DNA of 64,000 nucleotides from a virus. The DNA is taken from IMG/VR virus record IMGVR_UViG_3300009370_000002; one strand, written 5' to 3'. Under the pieces are notes generated by a model that saw nothing but the letters and a program-made list of their open reading frames with translations, did no database searches and was not told the origin of the DNA. Shown piece after piece: positions 9,484 to 19,587 of this stretch. The position numbers were made by a program, and so were the translations under genes. Position 1 is the first letter of the stretch. Every line of letters starts with the position of its first letter.

Positions 9484-12312
9484 TTATGATTGCAATCCTT
9501 GAGCGTTTGTAGCAGCCCCACCACCTATGAATGTCCAGCCAGAACCATTACTAACAAACATATATGTACCGTCTGCTTTCATTTTGTTAGCAGCGGCATT
9601 CAGCCCATTTACTCTTGAGCTTGAGCCATCGAATGTCAAATCACCAGTAGAACCAACAGCGACGATTAAAATTTGGCCATTAGTTCCGTTGTCGTTAAAC
9701 CTGATGCCTGTTTTGTCTCCGCCGTTAGAATCCACCCTTACAACAAGATTGTTTGTGTTTATCGAACTATCATTATTCATGCCAACAGAGCCAGCAGGAT
9801 CACCAATCAGGGTTCCGTAAACTGTTGTCGGCTTGCCGATACCAGAGCCAATCCCTAGCGCTGTTCCATGGGAATTGACTGATGCTCCGGTGCCTGGCCC
9901 TGCTTCTGCTACTTGAAATGAGATACTTCCACCGTCACCAGTCCCGGTTCCAGCACCACCTTGAATAGTCAAATTCCTTCCATCGACATCTGTGCCGGAA
10001 GAATCTGCAACTGTAAGAGTTGCTGTGCTTCCAAATGTTAGTGTGTTAGAATTGAACGTTAAATCTGATTCACATGTTACTGTTCCATCACCATCATCTG
10101 TTACAATCCTGTTCGCTCCTCCACCAAAACCAACATCTGTAAGGTCAAGATTAATTGCCGAAATTGAATTTACCCCACCAGAGTATCCCAAACCTGTCCC
10201 TGCGATAGAGCCTGTGATGCCAAGCTTATTCGCCACTGGTGTCCCACACACCAATGAGCCAGTTGTTTCGATATAGAGAGTACCAGAGCTATTAGCTAAG
10301 CCACCACCAGCCATGGCAGTAATCAAATCGTTAATAGACTCCTTCTTGGTAACATTGTCAGAACCATCAATGAACGCAAAACTATCATCAAGAGTATCCA
10401 CACCAGCACCAGCCAATTCGTTCAAATCAATATTCAAAGCAAGGATGCTATTAACTCCTCCGGTGTATGAAAGCCCATCACCAGCAATAGAGCCTGATAT
10501 ACCAACCCTATCGGAGACGACAATCGCAGCACCAGTAACAGCCACCTCTAGTCTACCAGTTCCACTATTAACCAAGCCATCACCAGCAATGTTGGTTACG
10601 AAAGTGCTAATTGTCATTTTCTTAGAAGCGTTGCCGTCATCAGCATCAATAAATGCAATACTATCTGCGCTGTATAGTGGGGTGCCTGACGGTAGTCCTG
10701 CTAAGTTAAGAGTTAATGCGCCACCAGCAGCAATAGTACCATCACCAGAGACATCAGCAAAGATTGCATCTTGAAGATTCGAGAATGTAATCTTTTTCTC
10801 TGTTCCATCATCTGAGAACATGAAGTGGTCGTCTGTTTGGTGAAGCCCTGTTCCACCAAGGGCAGAAAGGGCATCAATATCTGTTGTCCCTCCGCCTGCT
10901 GATGCGGTTACCTTCACTATTTGATTTGAACTGTTAACGCCCAGATAACTATTGGCATTTGCAAGAGTACCAGTAACAACATTAGGGATTGTTATGGCTA
11001 TTGGGTTGATTGTCAGTGCATCACCACCAGCGTCACCTATTGTTGCATTTCCGTGTATGGCAACATTGGCTGCTAAATCAATATCTCCACCACTTGGTGT
11101 AACCGTAAGTTTTCCTGCACTATTGACGGCAAATGTTGATGATGTGCTAGCATCATATGAAAGCTTAAGTTGGGTTGTTGAGCTAAAAACTTCCAATTTG
11201 GAGTCTGGATCTGTTACACCGATGCCGACATTTCCGTTAGAATTCAATGCGGTGATGGCTTCAATTCCACTTCCCATAGCTAATTTAAAATCACCACTGG
11301 CATTTTGGAATTGAAGATCTACCCCGGCACCCATATCAGTAAGCCCCAAAGTAAGTGATGGGGTTGAACCGGCTGTTCCATATATCTTTATATCACCCGG
11401 AACTGTGCTGTCTCCAAATTGGCCGACACCCGATACGTGAAGTGGGCGCTGTGGATTGTCCGTTCCAATACCCACTCTGCCGCTTGTTGAATCAACGTAT
11501 AGAGTTCCAGAACCGGAGATATCACCTGCAACGTTAAGGGTGCCGCCAATTTGGTAATTCCCAGAACCTGACATATTGCCTGTCAATGCTAACATACTGT
11601 TATCAAAGGACAAGTTGGATTGAACCTTTACTCCAGTTGAGTCAACCGAGACAACAACCTTATCTGCTAACGCACTTCCGTTTGTATATGATGATATCGG
11701 AACAACTGCACGGGATGCAACCTGTGCAACGGTAGCCTTCCGAGGGGCAGAGTCTGATGTACTATAAATTATAATTGAATCACTGTCTGCAATGGAACCA
11801 ACCAGTGTGGCTGCTCCGTTTGGATTAACCCTTAATCCGCTTGAGTCCTCAAGTCCAGAATTTGTCGCTAAAGTGATAGCACTAGCTAAGCCAGTAAGTC
11901 CAGCCGCAGAGCCATAGAATATGGAACCAGAGACATTTCCAGAACCAGAGATTGATGAGTTTTTGAAGTTCAGAACAGAACCGTCAAATGTCAAATTGGA
12001 TTCTACTGTCGCTTCGTCTGCATCCTTATACGTCAAGATGCCATCCGCCGTGCTTCCATCGAAGTTAACAGTTCCGATATTACTTAGTGTGCTCCCATCA
12101 CCATAGAACGCAGATGCAGAAACATTAACAGATGCAGAAACGTTCCCAATAACTGTTAAGTCGTTCTTAATCCTTCCTACTGATGCTGTTAATGAAAGAA
12201 AGTCTTTACTTCCAGATATAGATTGGTTGGTATGAGTATCGACGATATCTTCTACCGTACCTTGGGTTGCGCCTTGAAAATTGACGTTCTTGTTAAGAAT
12301 ATTGTATGACAT
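9484..12312 (-). CDS. Long fibre-like virion protein (942 aa)
   Basis: G/S/A/T-rich; GRVGIGTDNP and GNVGIGVTDP fibre-shaft repeats; four D-x-phi-x-phi-x-D...KKxT repeats. Confidence 0.7.
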   Translation of the reverse strand: MSYNILNKNVNFQGATQGTVEDIVDTHTNQSISGSKDFLSLTASVGRIKNDLTVIGNVSASVNVSASAFYGDGSTLSNIGTVNFDGSTADGILTYKDADEATVESNLTFDGSVLNFKNSSISGSGNVSGSIFYGSAAGLTGLASAITLATNSGLEDSSGLRVNPNGAATLVGSIADSDSIIIYSTSDSAPRKATVAQVASRAVVPISSYTNGSALADKVVVSVDSTGVKVQSNLSFDNSMLALTGNMSGSGNYQIGGTLNVAGDISGSGTLYVDSTSGRVGIGTDNPQRPLHVSGVGQFGDSTVPGDIKIYGTAGSTPSLTLGLTDMGAGVDLQFQNASGDFKLAMGSGIEAITALNSNGNVGIGVTDPDSKLEVFSSTTQLKLSYDASTSSTFAVNSAGKLTVTPSGGDIDLAANVAIHGNATIGDAGGDALTINPIAITIPNVVTGTLANANSYLGVNSSNQIVKVTASAGGGTTDIDALSALGGTGLHQTDDHFMFSDDGTEKKITFSNLQDAIFADVSGDGTIAAGGALTLNLAGLPSGTPLYSADSIAFIDADDGNASKKMTISTFVTNIAGDGLVNSGTGRLEVAVTGAAIVVSDRVGISGSIAGDGLSYTGGVNSILALNIDLNELAGAGVDTLDDSFAFIDGSDNVTKKESINDLITAMAGGGLANSSGTLYIETTGSLVCGTPVANKLGITGSIAGTGLGYSGGVNSISAINLDLTDVGFGGGANRIVTDDGDGTVTCESDLTFNSNTLTFGSTATLTVADSSGTDVDGRNLTIQGGAGTGTGDGGSISFQVAEAGPGTGASVNSHGTALGIGSGIGKPTTVYGTLIGDPAGSVGMNNDSSINTNNLVVRVDSNGGDKTGIRFNDNGTNGQILIVAVGSTGDLTFDGSSSRVNGLNAAANKMKADGTYMFVSNGSGWTFIGGGAATNAQGLQS

Positions 12313-12336
12313 TTATAAACCTCTGTGCTTTTACTA

Positions 12337-12344
12337 TAAATAGT
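12337..12344 (-). promoter_or_regulatory. Candidate late promoter motif ACTATTTA upstream of the 942-aa fibre gene
   Basis: Exact 8-mer immediately after the upstream stop codon. Confidence 0.55.
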
Positions 12345-13976
12345 TTAGTTCTGCAAAGCAGCAACTTGTGCTTTTAGTTCATCAATTTGCTCTTGTTGTT
12401 CTTGAATTGCTTTTGTTAAAATCGGAATCAAGGATGTATACGACATGGTTTTCAAATTATCAGGCATATCATCATTGGTTTCTGGACCTGTGTATATGGC
12501 GTCTGGGTATATTAACTCCACCTCTTGTGCGATAAAGCCAAAATCGTGGTTTGATGTTCTATCTGGATCAGTATTTTGTATTGGATCTGCCCAGTCGAAC
12601 TCAACAGGGTTTAGCAATTTCACCTTGTCAAGCACAGTGCCTAATGTAGATATGTTTTCTTTTACTCTGGAATCTGAAACACTTCCAACCGAGCCGCCTG
12701 TTACCTTAACATTTCCGTTCGCATCAACCTGTATTGCCTCTAAGCCGCTTCCTGCATCATGTTGCTCTAATCTTAGAACGAATGTTCCACGATTTGTAGT
12801 ACCAGTGTCACCTCTAGAAACTATCCTTGCACCTCTTTTGCTGTTGTACGCTGCGGAGTAAGAATCAAATGCGGCGCCTTGCCAACTATTTGTTCCCTCT
12901 CCTATTGTGACACCGGCTGCTGCGCTTTTTACGATAATTGCTCCATTTTCCAAAACAACATTCTGCCCTTCATCTATTCTCATTGCCTCTGTTAAAGAAA
13001 CCGCTCCGTCTTGTGTTGTGGAAAACACAATTTTGCCGGGCATATCGTTGTTGCCGGGCGAACTAAATCCCACCTTTGCTGTTATTGCTGCGGCATTGAC
13101 AAATTCATCGCCATCAGAGCCTTTAAATACAATTTCCCCAAGTATGTCACCAGACTGGACAACTGTATGAGATCCGTCTGTTGCGTTTCTACTTTTTGTA
13201 AACTGTAGCTCTGTTGAAAATTCATTATTGTTATTATGCTGTAGAACAAGATTACCATCTTGAATGTGCAACAATTGGTCTGGGGATGCTGTTCCAATGC
13301 CAACATTTCCAGCTTGCTCTATTGACATTCTAACAGCAGAATTGGTTTTAAATGCGAGATTATCATTAGTATAATCATTATACACAATCCACTTTCTTGT
13401 GCCGTTCTCATAAAGTTCTAACCCTGGATGACTATCAGTGTCTCCATTTATCTTGATTCTGGGATCATCGCCCTGAAGTTTGATGTTGCCATCAACATGT
13501 AATGCTTCGTCTGGGGAGCCAACGCCATTAATCCCAACCCTATTTGCAGAAGCATCCACTTTAAATGCCGGGTTCCCTTCTCCGGAGCCGTTGCCCTTAA
13601 CAATAAAGTCAATATTATTGCTTCCATCGTTAATAGTAAGCTCATGTGGAGCAGAACTCTTTTCTTCTAAAGTGAGGAATGCCTTGCCTCCTGCTTTGAC
13701 AGTTATATCGTCATCACTAAATCTTATCCATGTATCGGCATCTCCGTTGTGATAAATATATTGATCGACACCGATGTTTCCAGCTACATCAAGCGTATAG
13801 TCAGGGGTGGTGGTTCCAATACCAACAGCAGAACCAGAGATTACCATGACAGTAGAGCCGCTAGCCTCAAAGCCAATATAGTCTTCCTCGAAATCAATTC
13901 CTGTATTTCTATTGGCGTCATCGGAGCCGGATAAGTCCCCTATTATTTGATATCCTTTTGAATATTTGTAACTCAT
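12345..13976 (-). CDS. Fibre protein with C-terminal intramolecular chaperone (peptidase S74-like) domain
   Basis: VGIGTTTP repeats; C-terminal SDSRVKENI...LNPVEFDW...GFIAQEVELIYP...YTSLIPILTKAIQEQQEQIDELK is the autocleaving chaperone signature. Confidence 0.88.
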   Translation of the reverse strand: MSYKYSKGYQIIGDLSGSDDANRNTGIDFEEDYIGFEASGSTVMVISGSAVGIGTTTPDYTLDVAGNIGVDQYIYHNGDADTWIRFSDDDITVKAGGKAFLTLEEKSSAPHELTINDGSNNIDFIVKGNGSGEGNPAFKVDASANRVGINGVGSPDEALHVDGNIKLQGDDPRIKINGDTDSHPGLELYENGTRKWIVYNDYTNDNLAFKTNSAVRMSIEQAGNVGIGTASPDQLLHIQDGNLVLQHNNNNEFSTELQFTKSRNATDGSHTVVQSGDILGEIVFKGSDGDEFVNAAAITAKVGFSSPGNNDMPGKIVFSTTQDGAVSLTEAMRIDEGQNVVLENGAIIVKSAAAGVTIGEGTNSWQGAAFDSYSAAYNSKRGARIVSRGDTGTTNRGTFVLRLEQHDAGSGLEAIQVDANGNVKVTGGSVGSVSDSRVKENISTLGTVLDKVKLLNPVEFDWADPIQNTDPDRTSNHDFGFIAQEVELIYPDAIYTGPETNDDMPDNLKTMSYTSLIPILTKAIQEQQEQIDELKAQVAALQN

Positions 13977-14008
13977 GTTTTATCTCCATCTTAATTAGCT
14001 CCAAAAAC

Positions 14009-14040
14009 AAAAAAGGGCTGGTGCCCATAGGACACCAACC
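14009..14040 (-). terminator. Rho-independent terminator
   Basis: Minus strand GGTTGGTGTCC-TAT-GGGCACCAGCC (11-bp stem including G-U pairs) then CTTTTTTGTTTTT. Confidence 0.85.
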
Positions 14041-14066
14041 ACAATATTTGCACATCCAATCTTAGA

Positions 14067-17000
14067 TTAGAATACTCTCCATGTATCAGCAGCAACGTAT
14101 ACCAATTCGACAGCAGCGAATGGTGATTCTAAACGAATTGAGGTAGCACCATCAATTGTTTGAGAACCAGCTTTGTTGATTGTGATATAACGAGCAGCAG
14201 AGCAGTCAGAAGGAGCTTTAACCTTGACAGATTCACCAATAGTCATTCCAGCAGAAGCAGGAAGGGTTACGGAATCTTCACCATCATCGCTCATGTCAGC
14301 AAAATAGTTAACACCAACTGCAAGGGTTCCGCCATTAGCTTTAGTAGCAACAGCAACAGAACCCATATAAGTCTTAAGACGAGCCATGGTACATTTACGG
14401 TTAGTTCCGCCGGCACCATTGTCAACAATGAGCAAGTCAGCATCAACAAGAGCTTCCCCGATATCGGTTCCACCATCAATGTCAAGAGCAGCTATTGAAA
14501 GTGCGCCACCGTTACAAGCCAAAGTGGTAAAAGTACCAGCAGCAGCAGAAGCAGCACCAATTGCTACACCATCAATAGAACCACCGTTCATGTCAGCATT
14601 AGTAATTGTAACCGCAGAAGCAGCACCTAATGTCGCACCATCGATTGAACCACCATTAATATCTATAGTTGTAACGGTACCCAAGTTTGCACAAGTCATA
14701 CCAACTACAGTCCAAGTATCGCTAGCACTAATAGTAAGAGCCTTTGAAGTCTCAGCGGTACCAATAGTTGTAATATCAAGATAGTTCACCTCGGCAGGTG
14801 TAGCAGTAATAAGTGTAGCGCTAGAATTAGCGGGATTTGCAGCGAAAGCAGCAACCCAACCTTCATCAGACGAGTTACCTAAGTCAGGAAGGTGATAGGT
14901 GTGATCAGCAGTCGGATTTTCTGCTTTTAAGGTTGTCTCATATGCATCATCAGAAGAACCTTCAAATATAATACCGTTAGAAGTATCAATCATCTCAACA
15001 TTAACAGTTTTGGTGGTTCCCTGTACAGTTAAGTCACCAACTATAGTCAAGTCATCAGCAACAGTAACTACTGAAGTGCTATGCCCGAGGGTGATTGCAA
15101 CTCCTGATGTTTCGGTAGCAATCTTAAGAGTACCGGTTTTGTTTTTAATGTATGAGTGAGTGCCATCATGCACCAATTCCATATCTGTAGAAGCGCCAAT
15201 TTTAATACTTTTGCTATCGCCAATGTTGACATGACTTGTTACAGTTAAATCACCAGCAATAGATGTAATGGAATTGGCACCTTTGGCAACAGTTACGTCA
15301 ATCTCGTTATCTTCAGAGCCATCCTCAATCAAAAGACCAACTCCCTCGCCGCCATCATGATTGGCAACGCTAAAAGCCATTTTACCACCTTCATTATTAT
15401 TAGAAGCATCAGACACTTGAACTTGAATTTGTCCGAACTTAATATTGTCTTGGTTATCATCATCTGCGTAGAAAGAAATCATACCAGCAGAATCATTGTC
15501 AGCACCAGCAGCACCTTTATCCATTACGAAACGAAGTTCAGGACCATCTAAACCACTGTATGTGTTCTTAAGTGTAATAACTGGTTTATCTTCAGCAGAG
15601 CTAGCTACAGTGAAAGACGGTGTATCCATCGTAACAGCAGTTGATGCGTTTAAATCAATAGTAGGTGCAGTCATATCCAAAGTTGTTCCTGCATTGACTT
15701 CCATGTGTCCGGAGCCATCGGCACTGATGTTTTCTCCACCAGCGGCATCATAGAAAGATATTTTAGTGTTAGCACCAGCAAGCACCAATTCATCACCAGA
15801 CTGATCCCACAATAAATATTTACCTGTTGTATCGCCAAACATTTTAACATCTTGGCCGGTGCCATCAACACCAACGGTAACAGCACCATCAATTTGAACT
15901 GCTCCGTCGATGTCAACAGCATCAAGGTTAGCGATTCCATCGACATCGATGTTACCAGAAAAATCACCAGAAGCAGCATCTATCTCACCAGTAATAGTGA
16001 CGTTTCTAGCGCCTGAAATATCTGCATTGGCATCTAAAACCATTGCCTTAGAAGCAGCAGCAGTACCATTGGTAATGCCATCAAGCTTTTCTAAATCTGC
16101 TTCGCTCATATCAGCACTACCAATGATAAAAGAGCCAACTGCGGTTATAGAACCAGCAGTAGTCAAATTACCAGTAGAGGCTAATGTCATTTTAGCTGTT
16201 GCAGAAGCAGCAGCAGTTTCAGAATCAGCCGTTGTGAACACTAATTTTGTAGCATTAGCGTCTGCTGCGAAGGTTTCTTCTGCGATTGCATGAATACCAG
16301 CAGCAACTGTTGCTCCATCTGTACCATCAGAGTCACCAGCGGCGAATTCCATTGAAGCAATAACTTCATCTGCAATAACTGCGTCTTCTTCAGATTTCAA
16401 TTGTAAAACAACAGGTAAATTATCCCCTGTTCCAGTATGTGTTATTGTAAGCCCGACATCAGCAACATGAGTCAGGGTAACATCTTTATTAGCACCAAAG
16501 TGAATCACAGCAGCATCAGATAAAAGAATTAAATCATCACCGATAACAGCATCGGCTGCAACACTCAATCCACCGTCTGTCTGCAAGGAGCCATCAGTAG
16601 TAGAAGTTGCGTTAGTAGTGTCGTCCGTTTTAAGAATACCACTAAAAGTACCAGTGCTTCCAGCAACAGTAGTAAAAGTAGCAGCACCAGCAGAAGCCGC
16701 ACCGATAGTAACACCATCCATTGAACCACCGTTGATATCCACTGTGGTAAGTATTCCCATATCTGCGACAGTACGACCAACGTTTGTCCAGTTACCAGCC
16801 ATCGATGCGATGGTAGCTGCGCCGGCATCAGTTAAACCGTAAGCACCAACTGTCAAATTACCAGTGTCGATATCCAAGGCAACTTGGCCAGAAGTACCAA
16901 CAATTTTCAGTTGTTCTTCACTAGCATCCCACATCATGTAGTCGCCTGTGGTATCTGAGTGAAACGTAACATCCGCCCCAGCACCGTCCGAACCAACAGT

Positions 17001-17084
17001 TAAGGTGCCCTCGGATTCGACAGCGCCTTCTTGGGTTAAAGAACCGGATGCCGTGTAAGCACCCAGTTGAAATTTATAAGCCAT
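14067..17084 (-). CDS. Long Ala/Asp/Thr-rich fibre-like virion protein (1005 aa)
   Basis: Internal repeats (DINGGSxDGxTIGAAS; VGxDGxGxDVxxxxDTTGxYxxWD); C-terminal domain shared with the next two genes; SD AGGAGG. Confidence 0.7.
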   Translation of the reverse strand: MAYKFQLGAYTASGSLTQEGAVESEGTLTVGSDGAGADVTFHSDTTGDYMMWDASEEQLKIVGTSGQVALDIDTGNLTVGAYGLTDAGAATIASMAGNWTNVGRTVADMGILTTVDINGGSMDGVTIGAASAGAATFTTVAGSTGTFSGILKTDDTTNATSTTDGSLQTDGGLSVAADAVIGDDLILLSDAAVIHFGANKDVTLTHVADVGLTITHTGTGDNLPVVLQLKSEEDAVIADEVIASMEFAAGDSDGTDGATVAAGIHAIAEETFAADANATKLVFTTADSETAAASATAKMTLASTGNLTTAGSITAVGSFIIGSADMSEADLEKLDGITNGTAAASKAMVLDANADISGARNVTITGEIDAASGDFSGNIDVDGIANLDAVDIDGAVQIDGAVTVGVDGTGQDVKMFGDTTGKYLLWDQSGDELVLAGANTKISFYDAAGGENISADGSGHMEVNAGTTLDMTAPTIDLNASTAVTMDTPSFTVASSAEDKPVITLKNTYSGLDGPELRFVMDKGAAGADNDSAGMISFYADDDNQDNIKFGQIQVQVSDASNNNEGGKMAFSVANHDGGEGVGLLIEDGSEDNEIDVTVAKGANSITSIAGDLTVTSHVNIGDSKSIKIGASTDMELVHDGTHSYIKNKTGTLKIATETSGVAITLGHSTSVVTVADDLTIVGDLTVQGTTKTVNVEMIDTSNGIIFEGSSDDAYETTLKAENPTADHTYHLPDLGNSSDEGWVAAFAANPANSSATLITATPAEVNYLDITTIGTAETSKALTISASDTWTVVGMTCANLGTVTTIDINGGSIDGATLGAASAVTITNADMNGGSIDGVAIGAASAAAGTFTTLACNGGALSIAALDIDGGTDIGEALVDADLLIVDNGAGGTNRKCTMARLKTYMGSVAVATKANGGTLAVGVNYFADMSDDGEDSVTLPASAGMTIGESVKVKAPSDCSAARYITINKAGSQTIDGATSIRLESPFAAVELVYVAADTWRVF

Positions 17085-17117
17085 ATATATTTTCCTCCTT
17101 TGTAATATATGTTTATA

Positions 17118-17166
17118 GAGGTAGACAAACTACCCCAATATAGACTTGAGGGGTGTGACGCCCCTC
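17118..17166 (-). promoter_or_regulatory. Two GC-rich hairpins in the 5' leader of the 1005-aa fibre gene
   Basis: GAGGGG-CGTCACA-CCCCTC and GGGGTAG-TTTGT-CTACCTC on the minus strand, neither followed by a U-run. Confidence 0.55.
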
Positions 17167-17201
17167 GTTTATATATAGAGAGAGAAAACCAAATCTCCTA
17201 A

Positions 17202-18281
17202 CTAGTAAATGAAAAACTTATTAGACCCATTGGTGTAGATATTCACCGCAGCATAGGGACTTTCCAATATTAAAGCCCCAACACCGTCAATAGTATCAGT
17301 AGAACTTGCACTAATTATAATATTGTGAGTGTGTGATGCCCCACCTTCGTCCTTTACAATGAATGATTGCCCATTTAAGCAAACTGACGCTGAAGGTAGC
17401 GTTAGTGTCACAGCAGAGTCCACAGTATCTGTTTGAACAGAGACAATAAAGTCTGTTTTCAGCATTTGATAATTGGCTGCAACCACATTTCTCTTGTATG
17501 CAATTCCACCACCGAATTTCATTTGGAACGCATTTAAACCGAAGACTCTGTTTGGAGCCATATCGATGCCATGATTCAAGAGGTGCATAAAGCCAACTCG
17601 CATACCCTTAGTTGCACTACCAGAGCCGAACTTCATGCTTCCGTCTTTAACGCTTAATGACTCTCCACCAAAATAAATCGTGCTGCTAGAAACATACAAC
17701 GATCTCCATTGCTTAGTTGGAGAGCCCAAGTCGTATATATCACCAGTCCCAGGATACATATGTCCAGTCACAGACATAGCCTCACCACCACTTCCGCTTC
17801 CTGATACCTGTAAGGTGGAGCCACTGAATATAAGCCCAGCCGAGCCACTAATATCTCCTGAACCAGAATGAAATTGAATTGAATTGACTGGACCCTGGGC
17901 TGTTGCAGAGCCACCACCACCTGCACCAACGGATGATGTTAATACAACGTTGTTATTTGAGTCTAAAGCTAAATAGCTGCCGGTGCTAGCCGCAGTCCCG
18001 GCAACCACACCAGCTAGGTTCAATCCAGCAGATGCAGTCGTAGCTGGGATATTTAGCACATTGTTTGTGCCAAAAGTAAGACCAGCATTGGCATCTAAGG
18101 AATAATCAGCACCAGATTGATTATAAAACAAGATTCTTCTATTGCCTTGATTAGTGGTGCTGTTTGTGATTCCTAAAACTTTTTGTATTCCGGTTCCATC
18201 TCCAGTATAAGAACCACTAAAAGATCCAGTCGCTATTAAATCGGGGGCAGATATTGTTCCACTTAATGCATTGAATGCCAT
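17202..18281 (-). CDS. Fibre-like virion protein (359 aa)
   Basis: SGS-rich; YDLGSPTKQWRSLYV repeat; C-terminal TLPSAS...G..VKDEGG...DTIDG...LESPYAAVNIY...FIY domain. Confidence 0.65.
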   Translation of the reverse strand: MAFNALSGTISAPDLIATGSFSGSYTGDGTGIQKVLGITNSTTNQGNRRILFYNQSGADYSLDANAGLTFGTNNVLNIPATTASAGLNLAGVVAGTAASTGSYLALDSNNNVVLTSSVGAGGGGSATAQGPVNSIQFHSGSGDISGSAGLIFSGSTLQVSGSGSGGEAMSVTGHMYPGTGDIYDLGSPTKQWRSLYVSSSTIYFGGESLSVKDGSMKFGSGSATKGMRVGFMHLLNHGIDMAPNRVFGLNAFQMKFGGGIAYKRNVVAANYQMLKTDFIVSVQTDTVDSAVTLTLPSASVCLNGQSFIVKDEGGASHTHNIIISASSTDTIDGVGALILESPYAAVNIYTNGSNKFFIY

Positions 18282-18296
18282 TCAAGACTGCCTCCC

Positions 18297-18908
18297 TTAG
18301 TAAATGAACCACTTGCTTATCCCATCAGCGTATAATGTTAAAGCAACTGAATCTCCTTCTATTATGTAATTAGTTTGATGATCAATCTTATCTGCACCTG
18401 ATGCTGTTATTGCGATATGGGTATTTCCAGCTTGCGTTCTTGTCACCTGATATTCGTCTTTAATTGTGAGAATTCTCCCAGCGCCCTGAGTGCTGGCAGA
18501 AGGCAAAGTCAATGATACATACGCACTGGAGCTTATACCAATTATTGAATCGCAAGATGCCACAGCATAAGAAGCCGCTGTTACTTTATTGTAATACTGC
18601 CTAAAGGAACCAGATGCCATAATTAGACTACCAGTTAGTACATGGGTATCATCGCAATCATCACCAAACACAGTGCTACCGCTTAAGTTTATTTCTATCG
18701 TGTTTGTTTGGATAATATCAAATTGGTGCGCCTGAATTCCGCCGCTAATGATTAAGGAGCCCGTGAGGTAGACAGTTTTACTACCAGTGGCAAAAGTAAG
18801 GTTAGGACTACCAGTAAGAACCTGATTTACACCCGTATATTGGATGCTGCCTGTCGGACCTTGCCCTGTCACGGCACCAGAAAGATGTATCCACCCCATC
18901 ATGCTCAT
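18297..18908 (-). CDS. Fibre-like virion protein (203 aa), paralogue of the neighbouring gene
   Basis: Shares GQGPTGSIQY (vs AQGPVNSIQF) and the C-terminal TLPSAS...WFIY domain with 17202..18281. Confidence 0.65.
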   Translation of the reverse strand: MSMMGWIHLSGAVTGQGPTGSIQYTGVNQVLTGSPNLTFATGSKTVYLTGSLIISGGIQAHQFDIIQTNTIEINLSGSTVFGDDCDDTHVLTGSLIMASGSFRQYYNKVTAASYAVASCDSIIGISSSAYVSLTLPSASTQGAGRILTIKDEYQVTRTQAGNTHIAITASGADKIDHQTNYIIEGDSVALTLYADGISKWFIY

Positions 18909-18946
18909 TACATTTTACTCCGATTGTTATTCATTGGTATATCCTG

Positions 18947-19351
18947 CTAAAAAGTGCTAAAAGCTGCATACGGGTCGCCATTGCCAGCGAACGCAATTAC
19001 GTCTGCGCCGGCTATTTCTACAACAATAGATTGATTGTCTCCGCAAACAACAGCGGATCGTGATCCATCAGCAGGATTTACGTGCATTAGCTCACTCCAT
19101 CGCTGAGTAGCGTACAAATACGTATAAACATGTGTTACATTCTGACTTGAGCCCGAGCAATGAATAGTTACAAATCTTTGGTTTTCTGTTTTATACATCC
19201 CATTAGTAGGAGTTAAGTTTGATGCGGTATTTGCTATATCTTTACCGGTAAGAGTAGCAATGGTTGTTACAACAACCTCCACCCCGTCTGTTGCTGTTAT
19301 ATTTTTTGGTCTTCTTGTTCTTCCCCAACTGTTATAATTGTGTACTGCCAT
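18947..19351 (-). CDS. Hypothetical protein, probably virion-associated
   Basis: SD GGAGA; motif variant ACTACTTA at 19373..19380 upstream; sits in the structural cluster. Confidence 0.55.
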   Translation of the reverse strand: MAVHNYNSWGRTRRPKNITATDGVEVVVTTIATLTGKDIANTASNLTPTNGMYKTENQRFVTIHCSGSSQNVTHVYTYLYATQRWSELMHVNPADGSRSAVVCGDNQSIVVEIAGADVIAFAGNGDPYAAFSTF

Positions 19352-19380
19352 AATTAAATCTCCAATCTCTTATAAGTAGT

Positions 19381-19587
19381 CTATCTCTTCTGTTTTGCGA
19401 GTTCTTTCGCCCTTCTTCTGTCGGAGCGCTTATTTCTTCGTCTTCTTTTTTCTGATGGTTTCAAATAGCGCTGCTTTTCTCGATATTCGTCTATAATTCC
19501 AAGTTTCTTGACTTTTTTGCCAAATCTCTTTATTACTCTTTCGATGTTTTCGTTGCGTCTTGGGTAAACGACTAAGTTTGTTGCCAT
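19381..19587 (-). CDS. rpsU: Phage-encoded 30S ribosomal protein bS21
   Basis: 68 aa, highly basic; VVYPRRNENIERVIKRFGKKVKKLGIIDEYREKQRYLKPSEKRR matches the bS21 consensus (E-x-x-phi-K/R-R-F...YxKPS); SD GGAG. Confidence 0.9.
   Translation of the reverse strand: MATNLVVYPRRNENIERVIKRFGKKVKKLGIIDEYREKQRYLKPSEKRRRRNKRSDRRRAKELAKQKR

Noticed and set aside
9484-18908. Diversity-generating retroelement acting on the fibre genes
   Set aside because: No reverse transcriptase and no near-identical template/variable repeat pair differing at adenines was seen.
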